Source: a virus
Lineage: Duplodnaviria > Caudoviricetes
DNA length: 64,000 bases
Virus record (IMG/VR): IMGVR_UViG_2974782369_000001
Coordinates: 32,001-96,000 of that record
Direction: 5' to 3' (one strand)
Shown here: positions 8,820 through 18,921 of the stretch, piece after piece
Numbering within the stretch: the stretch's first letter is position 1
Layout of the letters: each line of letters opens with the position of its first letter
The notes under the pieces: model-generated
Told to the model about the DNA's origin: nothing
The model's database searches: none
What the model saw: only the letters and a program-made list of their open reading frames with translations
Position numbers and translations under genes: made by a program

Positions 8820-9015
8820 CGGACAATTCAGCAAAACAATAAGTACGCATTTCAGAGTCAGTTACAGACTCAATAGCAGATACAGTCTCTGCAAAACCTT
8901 CGGTGCCTTCACGATCCCACTTCCAGGATACTGTGCGCTCATCTCCATCATCAGACACGATGGTAACCGATCGCTTAGAAAAGTTGATGAAAATTTGCTC
9001 TAGGGTGTCGGACAT
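8812..9015 (-). CDS. hypothetical protein
   Basis: 67 aa, AGGAG SD and promoter upstream. Confidence 0.7.
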   Translation of the reverse strand: MSDTLEQIFINFSKRSVTIVSDDGDERTVSWKWDREGTEGFAETVSAIESVTDSEMRTYCFAELSDE

Positions 9016-9037
9016 CGTGTCTCCTGATTACCCCCAT

Positions 9038-9066
9038 ATTATAGCAGGTATGGGGGTCGGTGTCAA
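9038..9066 (-). promoter_or_regulatory. sigma70-type promoter
   Basis: TTGACA-17-TATAAT with extended TG. Confidence 0.85.
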
Positions 9067-11588
9067 TTCAGTTTGATGACAGTTGCTGTAGCGACCAATG
9101 CAGCGCCTGCGGTCAGGGTTAATGCTCCACCAGCAGTGATACTGGCAGCACCAGCGGCAGCATTCAAAGCAATAGCGCCCGTTGCTACATTAGCAGTAAA
9201 TGCACCAGCACCAACTGTAAATGTTGCACCACCTGCAGCACAAGTTACCAGGAATGGTCCAGGAGTAGTGACTGTAAATGGTGGTGTGCCACCTGCAAGT
9301 GCAGGAGTTTGTGTGAATGTAACGGGACCACCAATGAATGAATATCTACCACCAGCAGCGCCGAGAGGGGGAGTATTGATCTTCTCAGTCAATGTTTTTG
9401 TATCGACTGTAAACGCATTAGCAGCAGAAATAACAACTTCACCACCACTCATGTTTTGAGTCTTGCCAAGATTCTTAAAACTGGAAGAAGACAATACTTG
9501 CTCTCTAGCAGCAAGTTCCATCTTAACAGCCTGCATCTTCAGATTAGCACCAGAAATATTAAAATCTACATCAGATCCAAACTGGATTGTATGCTTCTGA
9601 ATCTTATCCTTATCCTCTTTATCTTTACCTTTCTTATCTGCCTGCTTAGGAGCACCCTGAGCATTCATAAAGAAACCACCACCAACTTCAATATGACAGT
9701 CACCAGTGACCTTCAAGCGATAATCGCCCTCGATTGTGCGGACATAATCACCATCAACAACCTTACAGTCATCACCTCTAACATCACAGGTATGATTGCC
9801 TGCATATGAAGTATGGTCTGCTGTATAATCTCCCTGCTCTGTTTTGCCTGGGGAGTTTGAAGTTTGCCTCTTTACATATTCATCAACCTTTTTATCCAAC
9901 TCACTAGGAGTTAGTTGAGGATTCTGTCTCTTAATAGTTGTCCTGATTGCTGCATTTGCTTTGTGTTTTGCCAACTCAGCATTATTTGCTCGGACAGAGA
10001 ATGTAGTAGTGCCAGATGCACTTCGATTAATTGTTGCAGTCCTACCAGGAGTGCCTAGTTGTAGTGAATATGCGCCATTAACAAAGTTTTGAGCAGCAGT
10101 TAGATAAGGATCTGCTTCTGCAATAAAAGAATCGATAAAACTAGTTGCAGCATTTCCCCCGCAACCTGGGTTTGGATTACCACTTGCAGGGTGAGCAGCA
10201 AGTGCTGCAGGTGAGCAGGAAGTTACACCGAAAAATGGGAAGAAACCTACTGTATCTTGACCACCATTTGCCTTTCTATCGCATCCAAAATCGAAGAATG
10301 ATAATAGTAGTGTAATGATACCAGCAATATCCTCGATGCTCAACTTCGAGAGGTCAAACTTACCATTGAAAATTTCAGATCCCTTTTCCCAACCCTCAAT
10401 AAGTTCTTTTGCACCAGAAACTGTATTCAATACAGTCTTAACTGTGTCGATAACTTTGAGGACAGATGAGAGCATACCTTCAATGGCGCAAAACATCTTA
10501 TCAAGGACGCCTTGCACACCCTGAACGAAAGCAGTAGCAGCATCAATAGCACCTTCAACTAACTGCTCAACAATTTGAAGCACAAAACCGATGGGATCAT
10601 TGATAAATGCAATAATTTGCTGGTCAATACCACAAATCAAACTAAGAATTGCCGAAATTGCTGCCTGAATAGCAGCAAATGTTGTGCCAGGAATACCAAG
10701 GAAAGATGTAATGAAAGAAGACTTTTCAATTTTCTGCACCAACTCATCAAGTTGTGCTCTAATAGCAGAGACGACCTGAGCAAAAACCGCACTCAAAAAG
10801 TTTTTCAGTTTCGCAACTAATTGCTGTGCAGTAAATACTTTATTCTCAAATACATCAATAAACTCACCATTCTCATTTTTCACCAAACTAGTGGCAGTAT
10901 CTACAAGATCTTGAATGAGATAATTTAATTCATACTCTAATGTTTTCCAGGGTCCACCAGTGCCAGAAGCAGCAGGAATTGGTTTATCTTTAGGTGGTTG
11001 TCTTACATTACCTGGGTTTGCACTGGATCCATTGACTTTCTTGCTCATGTCATTTGGAGATCCTGCAGCACCAGGAGTCCGTCCAGATCCAGGGATATTA
11101 ACAGTATTAACTTTAACTGGTCCGTCAAAACCTTTCGTAGTATTTGCAGATCCAAGACCAGATAAACCTGGGTTTGGAGCAACACCATTAGGAATATCTA
11201 GACCAGTAAAGAGAAACTTTTTGCCACTCTTTTTCTGATTTTTATTGCCACGAATGACTCCCATAACGAGAGGCATTTGAGCATCTTCGCCATCCATGAA
11301 GAAACCCATGACAATAGCGCCAGGTTGTAACTGACCAGAGGATTGACCTTGACCGTCATTACCTGCTTGGTCAGTGCCCTGCAGCACTGTTGCCCATGGA
11401 AGATCGTCTGTTGGAAGTTTGGTTGCACTAGATCCATCAGGACTGGTGTAATAGTTGAGGACTCTAACTTTTACACGACCGAGTTGTAGAGGATCTTCAT
11501 TATCCTCAACTTCTCCAATCCACCAGAAAAAACCATCTTTACCCACAAAGTTGGTATTCTGCTCACTTATAATACCGTCAATACTCAT
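9063..11588 (-). CDS. gp5: baseplate hub / central spike protein gp5-like
   Basis: N-terminal OB fold (WWIGEVED..DP..LGRVKVR..LPWA, GFFMDG), C-terminal VxG repeats. Confidence 0.88.
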   Translation of the reverse strand: MSIDGIISEQNTNFVGKDGFFWWIGEVEDNEDPLQLGRVKVRVLNYYTSPDGSSATKLPTDDLPWATVLQGTDQAGNDGQGQSSGQLQPGAIVMGFFMDGEDAQMPLVMGVIRGNKNQKKSGKKFLFTGLDIPNGVAPNPGLSGLGSANTTKGFDGPVKVNTVNIPGSGRTPGAAGSPNDMSKKVNGSSANPGNVRQPPKDKPIPAASGTGGPWKTLEYELNYLIQDLVDTATSLVKNENGEFIDVFENKVFTAQQLVAKLKNFLSAVFAQVVSAIRAQLDELVQKIEKSSFITSFLGIPGTTFAAIQAAISAILSLICGIDQQIIAFINDPIGFVLQIVEQLVEGAIDAATAFVQGVQGVLDKMFCAIEGMLSSVLKVIDTVKTVLNTVSGAKELIEGWEKGSEIFNGKFDLSKLSIEDIAGIITLLLSFFDFGCDRKANGGQDTVGFFPFFGVTSCSPAALAAHPASGNPNPGCGGNAATSFIDSFIAEADPYLTAAQNFVNGAYSLQLGTPGRTATINRSASGTTTFSVRANNAELAKHKANAAIRTTIKRQNPQLTPSELDKKVDEYVKRQTSNSPGKTEQGDYTADHTSYAGNHTCDVRGDDCKVVDGDYVRTIEGDYRLKVTGDCHIEVGGGFFMNAQGAPKQADKKGKDKEDKDKIQKHTIQFGSDVDFNISGANLKMQAVKMELAAREQVLSSSSFKNLGKTQNMSGGEVVISAANAFTVDTKTLTEKINTPPLGAAGGRYSFIGGPVTFTQTPALAGGTPPFTVTTPGPFLVTCAAGGATFTVGAGAFTANVATGAIALNAAAGAASITAGGALTLTAGAALVATATVIKLN

Positions 11589-11613
11589 TTCGCAACAGAC
11601 TGTTTCACATTAT

Positions 11614-11799
11614 TTAGTCGTCCATAGGGTTGCTTTGACGCCAATGTGTGCCTGCACCTTTTAGACGAGATACCAATTCTTGAGCAAATGCCTCCATTTT
11701 TTCAGGATGAATCTGTTGAATACCACCCTCTTTCACGGCATTTTCAATGCTATAGATTTCGTTTGAATCCAGTTTTTTACCGTTGATTGGAAGAGTCAT
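11614..11799 (-). CDS. hypothetical protein
   Basis: 61 aa, AGGAG SD. Confidence 0.6.
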   Translation of the reverse strand: MTLPINGKKLDSNEIYSIENAVKEGGIQQIHPEKMEAFAQELVSRLKGAGTHWRQSNPMDD

Positions 11800-11879
11800 A
11801 GTCTCCTGTCGTTGACCATAGTATTTTATCAGAGATCCTTGACAATTTGGAGTTTTTTTATCATTTTTTTAGAATTGGA

Positions 11880-11951
11880 TGGGCGATACTGGATTCGAAC
11901 CAGTGACTTACCACTTGTAAGGAGGCCACTCTACCGCTGAGTTAATCGCCC
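11880..11951 (-). tRNA. tRNA-Val(TAC)
   Basis: Cloverleaf, TAC anticodon; anticodon stem has one U-U mismatch. Confidence 0.88.
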
Positions 11952-12398
11952 TCGTTTGAAACGGTATAACATAGTGCTTCCAAACACCATGTTTCCGTCA
12001 GAATCAAAACCCTGATCTTTACTATCTAGACCAGTTTTAGTTAGATGAATTTCAGGTTTGACACGCACCCCATCTCTGACAAAACAATTATCAGAAACGA
12101 GACTGCCGTGCCATGCCTGTCCATCGAATGTAAACATCATATCACAACCTTCGCATCTTGTCCAGTCTGTATGATAGTTTTCTACGATAACTGTGGTCTC
12201 ATCAATTTCAACCAATTTGTGATACCTTTCTCGATAAGGTTTATTTGGACCGTCAGATCTGTAGTAGTTTTTTGAATGATATCCACCTTCTATCTTTTCC
12301 CACAGAATGTAAACCTGAGCGAATTCTGTGGGATGAGATTGTGCTTGAGTTTTATTATCATATAGACCTAGAAGGTATTCTTCAAAATTAGTCATCAT
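11931..12398 (-). CDS. cpeT: CpeT/CpcT-like phycobilin lyase
   Basis: DNKTQAQSHP..FA, PYRER, GCDMMF, DQGFD...VFGS motifs. Confidence 0.85.
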   Translation of the reverse strand: MMTNFEEYLLGLYDNKTQAQSHPTEFAQVYILWEKIEGGYHSKNYYRSDGPNKPYRERYHKLVEIDETTVIVENYHTDWTRCEGCDMMFTFDGQAWHGSLVSDNCFVRDGVRVKPEIHLTKTGLDSKDQGFDSDGNMVFGSTMLYRFKRGRLTQR

Positions 12399-12600
12399 AG
12401 ACTTTACATTCTAAAGCAGATGGATTGTTATCACAGTATAGTTCCAGAGATGTGGGGTCATGATGATCTTCTGGATGACGCTCTGCGTATGCTTCTAATT
12501 CTTCTAGTTCGCCTTCAATATGGCGACGACGTTGAGGTGAAATGTTAGGATTCTCAAGTTCTTGTTTGTCCGCCTCAATATGCTTTTCGATACTTTCCAT
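12388..12600 (-). CDS. cp12: CP12 Calvin-cycle inhibitor
   Basis: C-terminal LELYCDNNPSALECKVYDD signature. Confidence 0.92.
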   Translation of the reverse strand: MESIEKHIEADKQELENPNISPQRRRHIEGELEELEAYAERHPEDHHDPTSLELYCDNNPSALECKVYDD

Positions 12601-12624
12601 TGTATCCTCCTAATACAGTATTAT

Positions 12625-14046
12625 TTATTGATTGTTGTAAGAGTCTCTGTACAAAAGAACCTCTGTCACAACGCTTTTCTGATCATACAAGTGTCTTACA
12701 CCTGCGACCAGATATCTACCGCTATACTTGCGATCTTTCTCTATTTTATCACCTTTTGGTTTAGTTTGGGGAATACTGATCTCAAGTCCGTATCCAGGGT
12801 AGATATCTAGGTTACCAGGAATTTTGATTAGTAGTTGAATATTTTTAAGTGTTGTAACTCTAATGTGTTGATATGCCTGCAAATAGGATAACTCACCATA
12901 AAGTTTTTTATCAGTCTTTTCAGATCCAGGTTTATCAAAAATTCTATTGGGCAAAACACTATATCTAATTCTCTTGGGGAAATTCACCATTGCCTTGACA
13001 CTCTCGTCATAGACATCAACTGGATTTTTACCGCCACCAAGATGACTCATCTTATTCCAGAAGTTGATAGTATCTCTACCAGCAAAATCTTTCTTTGCTT
13101 TAGCAGAATCTTTGAATGTATAGATGAGGGGTGTAAATGTTGATGGCTCTAGTTTAGAATTGGAGAAATCATTTGGGTCAAAAGCAAGACTATAACCTGC
13201 GAAAGATCCATCCCTCAATACCTTCAAATAATTCTTATCTTCTGGAAATACAATACTATCAATACGGAATGTATCATTCCCCTCATCACCACTCTTCTTA
13301 GGTTCGTAAGTATATTTGTATAGTCTTGCCTTTCCTGACTTGGGATCAGTCTTTTGCTCATAAGTTTGAGCTTTAGCTTCATCAATCATGGTATCAATAG
13401 ATTTAAAATGATACCCAAGTCTACTTTCCCAGAATAAGAATCCATTTTGTGATTCACTGGATGGTCTCAACGACTTCTGTGCTACCCAATAGATTGTATC
13501 AAAAGTCCTCCAGTTTGTGCAAACAAACTCGTGATTATTCTTCGAGTCTTCAATAAAGAAATTCTTTGTTTTATTTTGGTTTCCATTTTCATCTTTACCA
13601 TAAATGTAGTCTTTTAGCAACTTTTCAACAATTGCCTTTGCCTTTACAGACTTACCAAATAACTCTTTAGATGATCCAAATACATTCCTCACTTCATTGA
13701 CAAGAAACTCAACGGATACGCATTGCACAATATAGACTTCAGAGTTTCCACTTCTAGATCTACTGTCAATGTTATACGCTCTCATATTATAAACTGCTTC
13801 GCTATTGCCCATATTGAATATCATCACCCATGCCTCACTTCCAGTTAGAGTGGACACCAAATCGGCACTATCTTGAATAACAATATCTGCTCTAATTGCA
13901 GAAGAGCTGATCGATTCATGCACAGTAACTGCCTGCACAAAGTCAGCGAGCTCCTTTGCTCCCTCCTTGTTAGTGACTACCTCACCATTTCGGACAAGTC
14001 GTAGACTAAAGTCTACGTCATTAGAAGTTTCTGCAGGTATTGCCAT
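12625..14046 (-). CDS. baseplate hub / tail protein (gp27-like)
   Basis: FLFWE..GYHFKSID, IPGN, YSGRYLV..VRH motifs; position in the tail module. Confidence 0.65.
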   Translation of the reverse strand: MAIPAETSNDVDFSLRLVRNGEVVTNKEGAKELADFVQAVTVHESISSSAIRADIVIQDSADLVSTLTGSEAWVMIFNMGNSEAVYNMRAYNIDSRSRSGNSEVYIVQCVSVEFLVNEVRNVFGSSKELFGKSVKAKAIVEKLLKDYIYGKDENGNQNKTKNFFIEDSKNNHEFVCTNWRTFDTIYWVAQKSLRPSSESQNGFLFWESRLGYHFKSIDTMIDEAKAQTYEQKTDPKSGKARLYKYTYEPKKSGDEGNDTFRIDSIVFPEDKNYLKVLRDGSFAGYSLAFDPNDFSNSKLEPSTFTPLIYTFKDSAKAKKDFAGRDTINFWNKMSHLGGGKNPVDVYDESVKAMVNFPKRIRYSVLPNRIFDKPGSEKTDKKLYGELSYLQAYQHIRVTTLKNIQLLIKIPGNLDIYPGYGLEISIPQTKPKGDKIEKDRKYSGRYLVAGVRHLYDQKSVVTEVLLYRDSYNNQ

Positions 14047-14049
14047 GGG

Positions 14050-16242
14050 TTACGTCTTTAATAGCGAGTTGCCAGATTGCATCCTATCTATCAAACTAGC
14101 AGTAGTGGTGCCACCACCAGCGATAGTAGGTTGCTTACTATTTTCGGCATTTTGTGCATCAGCAACTGCTTTTTGAGATGCTTGTGATAAAGCGGCAATT
14201 CTTTGTCGCTGTGCTTGATTCTGTTGCTGAAGATTTCTCATCATTTGTGCTTGGGCAGTTCTTCGATCTCTCTTAGCAGTTGCAACAGTTTCAGTCGTCT
14301 CTGCAACCTTTTGTGTAGATGGAGTAGAAGCAGGAGTTACTGGGGGCAATGGTGGTGGAGCAACCTTAGATTTGGTTTCCTGGTTTGAGTTTGAAACATC
14401 TGCTGCAGCACGCTGGTTTGCTGGGGCGGTGCCAGACTCTGTTGCAGATGCTCTTTCACCATTGGTAGGAGTTGCAGCTGCATCCGAACCACCACCAAAA
14501 GTGCCCATCAAATTCTTGACCATCTCTCTAATGCCATCACCAAGATTAAATGGTTTAGACATAGTGACTGGATTCCCATCAGGACCAACAGGACCAGCAG
14601 GAGAATCTGCACCACCCGTGGGAGATGTATAATCACCTGGGGGATAAGTTACATTACCACCCTTTACTTTCTCAGTAGTCGATTTATTATCACGGAGAAT
14701 CCTTTGTAGCGACTGTGCATAGATGGGATCAGTTGCATACCCCTCAGCCTTCAATAGTGCTGCACCATGAATAGGATCATTCATCCTATTGACACCTTTA
14801 TATCCCTTAAAATCCTTATACCATTGATTTACAAGATGATTAACTGCGTCTTGAGGTGTGTTGAAATTTTTAAATTTGTGAGGCTCCATGACACTCCTGC
14901 CATTTTTCACCTCTCTAGTCATGTGAACTTGACCAGACTCGGAGTCAAGTGCCTTAATGCCAAAGAAATTATTTTTAGCTGAAAGTGCAGTGCCCCAACC
15001 AGACTCTAAAGCAAACTGTGCTGAGACCAACTCAGGATATTTTGCTCCTGCCTTTTTACCATAATTATAAAACTCTGCCCACTTAGCAGCATTACCCGTC
15101 AAAGCACCACCAGCAGCAAACTCTGGTAATTCTGGTAATGATCCGCCAATATCAAATTTAGGCATAGAATCAAACATTCCACCCAAATCAAATCCCATAC
15201 GGGATGCTTCACCGATTCTTCTATCAGTAAGACCAGAATTATTTCTAGTAGCAGGTGTGTTAAATGGGACAACAAATCCACCATTTGCCTTCTGAGCAAC
15301 ATATTCTAATCCATGACCAATAAATGATGTGGATTTACCACCATCTAGAGATACTGGATAACCAGACATGGGTCCATTGATCCATCCACCACCTGCTTTT
15401 AATGGTAGAGGTCCACCCTTTGCCTTTTCTGGAGGATCTTTGCCCTCATCACCACCATTATCATTCATTGAGGTGACAACAATAGTGGCAAGAGTTGCTA
15501 CTGCTGCTACCGCACCCAATGCCTTTGCTCTCCTAGCAAGTTTACTTCTAGACTGTTTCAAATTTTTGACGAATAATCCAAGGACCGATTTAAAGTCCTT
15601 GACAATATTCATCGGGTTTGTCAACCACCTAATTGCCAGAAATAGTCCAGCAAAGTTGACAAAAGCACTGAAGAAACTACCAAGTTTCTCCCACCAATTC
15701 TGCTCCTTATTGAAGAAAAGGTCGTGAAGACTGTCAATCAGTCCTTTAACCCTATCTCCAATAAAATTACTAACAAATTCTACTACTTTTAATATAGTTT
15801 CTATAGTACTCTTAATTGCTTCTCTGTTGTTAGGATCAGATAACCACTCAAGAGCAGGTCCAGCAAGAGCGAGAATTAAGAAATCTTTTACAATATTAAA
15901 GAGAGATTCCAACCAACTTGGCATCTCGGTCTCTGGCATTTCACCACCTTCCAACTCGCCCATATCGGGGCCGCCAGTTGGTTTAGAATATATTGGTTTG
16001 AATGTATCTTTGGCAGATGCTTGGATTTCACCAATCATTTTTACTTGAGCATCTCTAAACTCAAGTAAAACTTTCCCAAGTGAGTTTAGAGTTGCGCCAA
16101 TATTGTTTATTGCTTGCGTATTTTTACCAATACCATTTTGCAACGCAGCATCTTTCGCATCACCCTTACCCCCAGAAACTTTCAGGGGAGGGACAAACTT
16201 GTAAAAATTTAGTTTGGCACTTTTTTTAACTGCTGTTGCCAT
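14050..16242 (-). CDS. tape-measure-like tail protein with glucosaminidase (FlgJ/GH73) domain
   Basis: AQFALESGWG, NNFFGIKA, GYATDPIY motifs after a helical/TM region. Confidence 0.75.
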   Translation of the reverse strand: MATAVKKSAKLNFYKFVPPLKVSGGKGDAKDAALQNGIGKNTQAINNIGATLNSLGKVLLEFRDAQVKMIGEIQASAKDTFKPIYSKPTGGPDMGELEGGEMPETEMPSWLESLFNIVKDFLILALAGPALEWLSDPNNREAIKSTIETILKVVEFVSNFIGDRVKGLIDSLHDLFFNKEQNWWEKLGSFFSAFVNFAGLFLAIRWLTNPMNIVKDFKSVLGLFVKNLKQSRSKLARRAKALGAVAAVATLATIVVTSMNDNGGDEGKDPPEKAKGGPLPLKAGGGWINGPMSGYPVSLDGGKSTSFIGHGLEYVAQKANGGFVVPFNTPATRNNSGLTDRRIGEASRMGFDLGGMFDSMPKFDIGGSLPELPEFAAGGALTGNAAKWAEFYNYGKKAGAKYPELVSAQFALESGWGTALSAKNNFFGIKALDSESGQVHMTREVKNGRSVMEPHKFKNFNTPQDAVNHLVNQWYKDFKGYKGVNRMNDPIHGAALLKAEGYATDPIYAQSLQRILRDNKSTTEKVKGGNVTYPPGDYTSPTGGADSPAGPVGPDGNPVTMSKPFNLGDGIREMVKNLMGTFGGGSDAAATPTNGERASATESGTAPANQRAAADVSNSNQETKSKVAPPPLPPVTPASTPSTQKVAETTETVATAKRDRRTAQAQMMRNLQQQNQAQRQRIAALSQASQKAVADAQNAENSKQPTIAGGGTTTASLIDRMQSGNSLLKT

Positions 16243-18740
16243 TACTTACCACTTAGTAAAGGTGATTTGAAAGCATTTATTACCTTATCCCCATTATTTA
16301 TTGGCATTGGCATATAGATGGGTTCTGCAACACTAAATGGAATTGGGACGATATTACCATCATCCTGAGTCATAGCAAATACTTTAGAGAAATCCAAAGC
16401 TTTTGTTAATACACTTTTATCTGCTACATTCAAATCTACCTGAGGATCAAAAGCAACAGAAGTGCTACTTGCTTTCGCTTCAGAATCACCACCAAAAGTG
16501 CCCATCAGATCTTTAACCAATCCCTTGAGACCTTCACCAAGATTAAATGGTTTTGCTGGCTCAAAAGAAACATTACCACCACCCAAAGAAGGGGTAGTGC
16601 TACCACTAGTATCACCAACTGCACCAATTTGCTCGTTACTTAATGCTCCGCCACCCTTAAATGCAACGTGAAGATGGTCAAAATGGTTAGCATCATCTTG
16701 CCACTTCAATTCTGCAATACCAAGTGCTTGTCTCTTGGCATTTAACTGTCCGTGCAGTCTGGTAAGTTTAGCATCATCCCAAACAACTTGCCCATTAGCA
16801 TTGGGTTGTCTTACAGGCACGTCAAGTGCTTCACCATAATTGTGATAAGAATTATAAGATCTTCTCATCACACGCTCTCTACCAGATCCAGTATATCCCC
16901 TATCTACGTTAAAGTCTGGGTGCTGCCAAACATCAATACCTTGGGAGTTAAGCATCTTACCAGCAGCAACTGCTCTTTGATAACCAAGAGTCTTGCCAGA
17001 TAGATTACCACCTGCCGCTGCACCCTCTGCCTGAGGGCCACCAATACCAATAGCACTTAACAGACTACCCAAAGGTGGCAACTTTGATCCAAGAGATTTC
17101 ATTTGATCCCCAATATATCTGGCACCAGGAATCGAATTAATTAGTGCTTCTTCACCTTGTTGAATACCAGGCACAAAATCTCTAGCGAGCATGTATGCGT
17201 CAATACCCATAGAGATTGGAGGACCAAACTGACCCATAGGAACTAAACCAGCTAAGTCAAATCCAGCAGATATCGCTTCCAGCATACCACCGAAAGGATC
17301 TCCACCTTGGAATCTATCGTAAGCAAATACGAGGTTTACAAGACCACCGAGAATAGGTAATGCTTTACCACCAAGTTTTTTGGTGAGTGGACCAAGATTA
17401 TCTAAAGGTGGAAATAAACCTCTTTTTTTAAGTGCTTCTGCTGCTTGCTTACCAAGAGGTGTGCCAAATAATGCATCCTGAATTTTACCAGCAATTAATT
17501 TTAATCTATCTGTAAGTGGTTGGATGAATTCAAATACTGGTTTGAGTAACTTTTCTTGGACTGCCTTCTTAGCATTATCTGCTAATTGAAGAGTGCCCTC
17601 TTTTACCCACTTAGCAGCATCACCAAACTTATTACCAACAGAAGAAGCAATCTGTGAAGATCTAGCAGCAATCTTTCTACCTGTGGTGACCATGTTTTCC
17701 CACTGCTTTCTAGCAGCTTCACCTAACTGAGCATACAATTTTTGAGATGTTTCACTGACAAGTCCCCAAGTGGACTTTGCCCTCTGCATCAACTTTTTCT
17801 GGACATCGGTGAGGAATCCACCAACAGCATCCGCACCCTTTTGGAAAAGATTTTTCTTCGGTGTTACCTTCCTCGCTTGCTGAAGTGCTTGTGTTGTTGT
17901 AGCGCCACCTTCCCTCGCCTTCCTATATGCCTTGATCTGTTCATCGGTGAGACCCATCTTTTTAAGTTGGGCATCAGTCTTCTTTGGTTTGCCATCTGGA
18001 CCTAATTGCCCCTTTGACTTCTTATCAAAGAAACTGCCAATACCATCAATGATTGTGAAAATATCCTCAATCAACGCAAAAGGATTCATCAAATAACGAA
18101 GGAGAATAATCCCCTTCAACATGTCACCCAGACCACCAAGTCTGGTTAGAAAATCATTATTAGGGTCACCCAGTTTCTTCCATCCGTCAAGAAATCCTTT
18201 GACCTGATCATTAAAGAAATTAAAAACTACTTCACCAACTTCAAATGCCTTTCTAAAGAAGTCTTGAATTGCTTGCTTTTTTGTTTCATCGCTTAAGAAA
18301 TCAGTGATTCCTTTAGCGATCATGATCGTGGCAATATCTTTAAAGATATTGGCAAATGGTGCAAAGAAACTATCTGCCCAACCTAAAAAACCCTCACCTT
18401 CTTTCTTAGTATCATTACTGTCAAATTCGTCTTGCTTTTCTTCTGCCTTCTTTTCTTGGAAAGACTTCAGTCTAGTTTTTGCTTTCTCTTGCTTTTCTTC
18501 TGCCTCTCGATCTCTTTCGAGTTGAAGTGCCTTCTTCTGTTGGACCGCTTGTCTCTCAAAAAATGCAACTAATGCTTTATTATTTTCTGTAATTTCAGAA
18601 AGACTATTTGCAATCCCTTCTACAGTTAACCCGATACGATTTGTTGCCAGGAGGTTTTTACTGGTGGCACGCACCACAGGCACTGAAGAGTTGCCTATCA
18701 CTCCTGGGTTTACAAACTTATATGGGGTAATCTTAGCCAA
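16242..18740 (-). CDS. tape-measure-like tail protein with M15/LAS-type peptidase domain
   Basis: TTG start; long helical region, SYHNYGEALD (Hx6D) and HFDHLHV motifs. Confidence 0.7.
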   Translation of the reverse strand: MAKITPYKFVNPGVIGNSSVPVVRATSKNLLATNRIGLTVEGIANSLSEITENNKALVAFFERQAVQQKKALQLERDREAEEKQEKAKTRLKSFQEKKAEEKQDEFDSNDTKKEGEGFLGWADSFFAPFANIFKDIATIMIAKGITDFLSDETKKQAIQDFFRKAFEVGEVVFNFFNDQVKGFLDGWKKLGDPNNDFLTRLGGLGDMLKGIILLRYLMNPFALIEDIFTIIDGIGSFFDKKSKGQLGPDGKPKKTDAQLKKMGLTDEQIKAYRKAREGGATTTQALQQARKVTPKKNLFQKGADAVGGFLTDVQKKLMQRAKSTWGLVSETSQKLYAQLGEAARKQWENMVTTGRKIAARSSQIASSVGNKFGDAAKWVKEGTLQLADNAKKAVQEKLLKPVFEFIQPLTDRLKLIAGKIQDALFGTPLGKQAAEALKKRGLFPPLDNLGPLTKKLGGKALPILGGLVNLVFAYDRFQGGDPFGGMLEAISAGFDLAGLVPMGQFGPPISMGIDAYMLARDFVPGIQQGEEALINSIPGARYIGDQMKSLGSKLPPLGSLLSAIGIGGPQAEGAAAGGNLSGKTLGYQRAVAAGKMLNSQGIDVWQHPDFNVDRGYTGSGRERVMRRSYNSYHNYGEALDVPVRQPNANGQVVWDDAKLTRLHGQLNAKRQALGIAELKWQDDANHFDHLHVAFKGGGALSNEQIGAVGDTSGSTTPSLGGGNVSFEPAKPFNLGEGLKGLVKDLMGTFGGDSEAKASSTSVAFDPQVDLNVADKSVLTKALDFSKVFAMTQDDGNIVPIPFSVAEPIYMPMPINNGDKVINAFKSPLLSGK

Positions 18741-18921
18741 CTTGGCGCTCCTTGTATCGTTTTTCCTCTTCCTTCAGGAATTGGATGAGTAGACTCATGT
18801 AGATTTCCTTTTCAAATGGCATCAAATTATCAATATATTCCATAGGCCACTTGTGGTGATGCATCAAAGCAAAGTTGGACTCATAGTAATTTCTTAGCGT
18901 GTTATGTAGAAGGGCTACTCG
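18733..18921 (-). CDS. gp51: gp51-like baseplate assembly protein (probably reached by -1 frameshift from gp26)
   Basis: RVALLHNTLRNYYESNFALMHHHKW...MPFEKEIY; the conserved-looking part lies upstream of the first ATG. Confidence 0.7.
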   Translation of the reverse strand, partial: RVALLHNTLRNYYESNFALMHHHKWPMEYIDNLMPFEKEIYMSLLIQFLKEEEKRYKERQVG

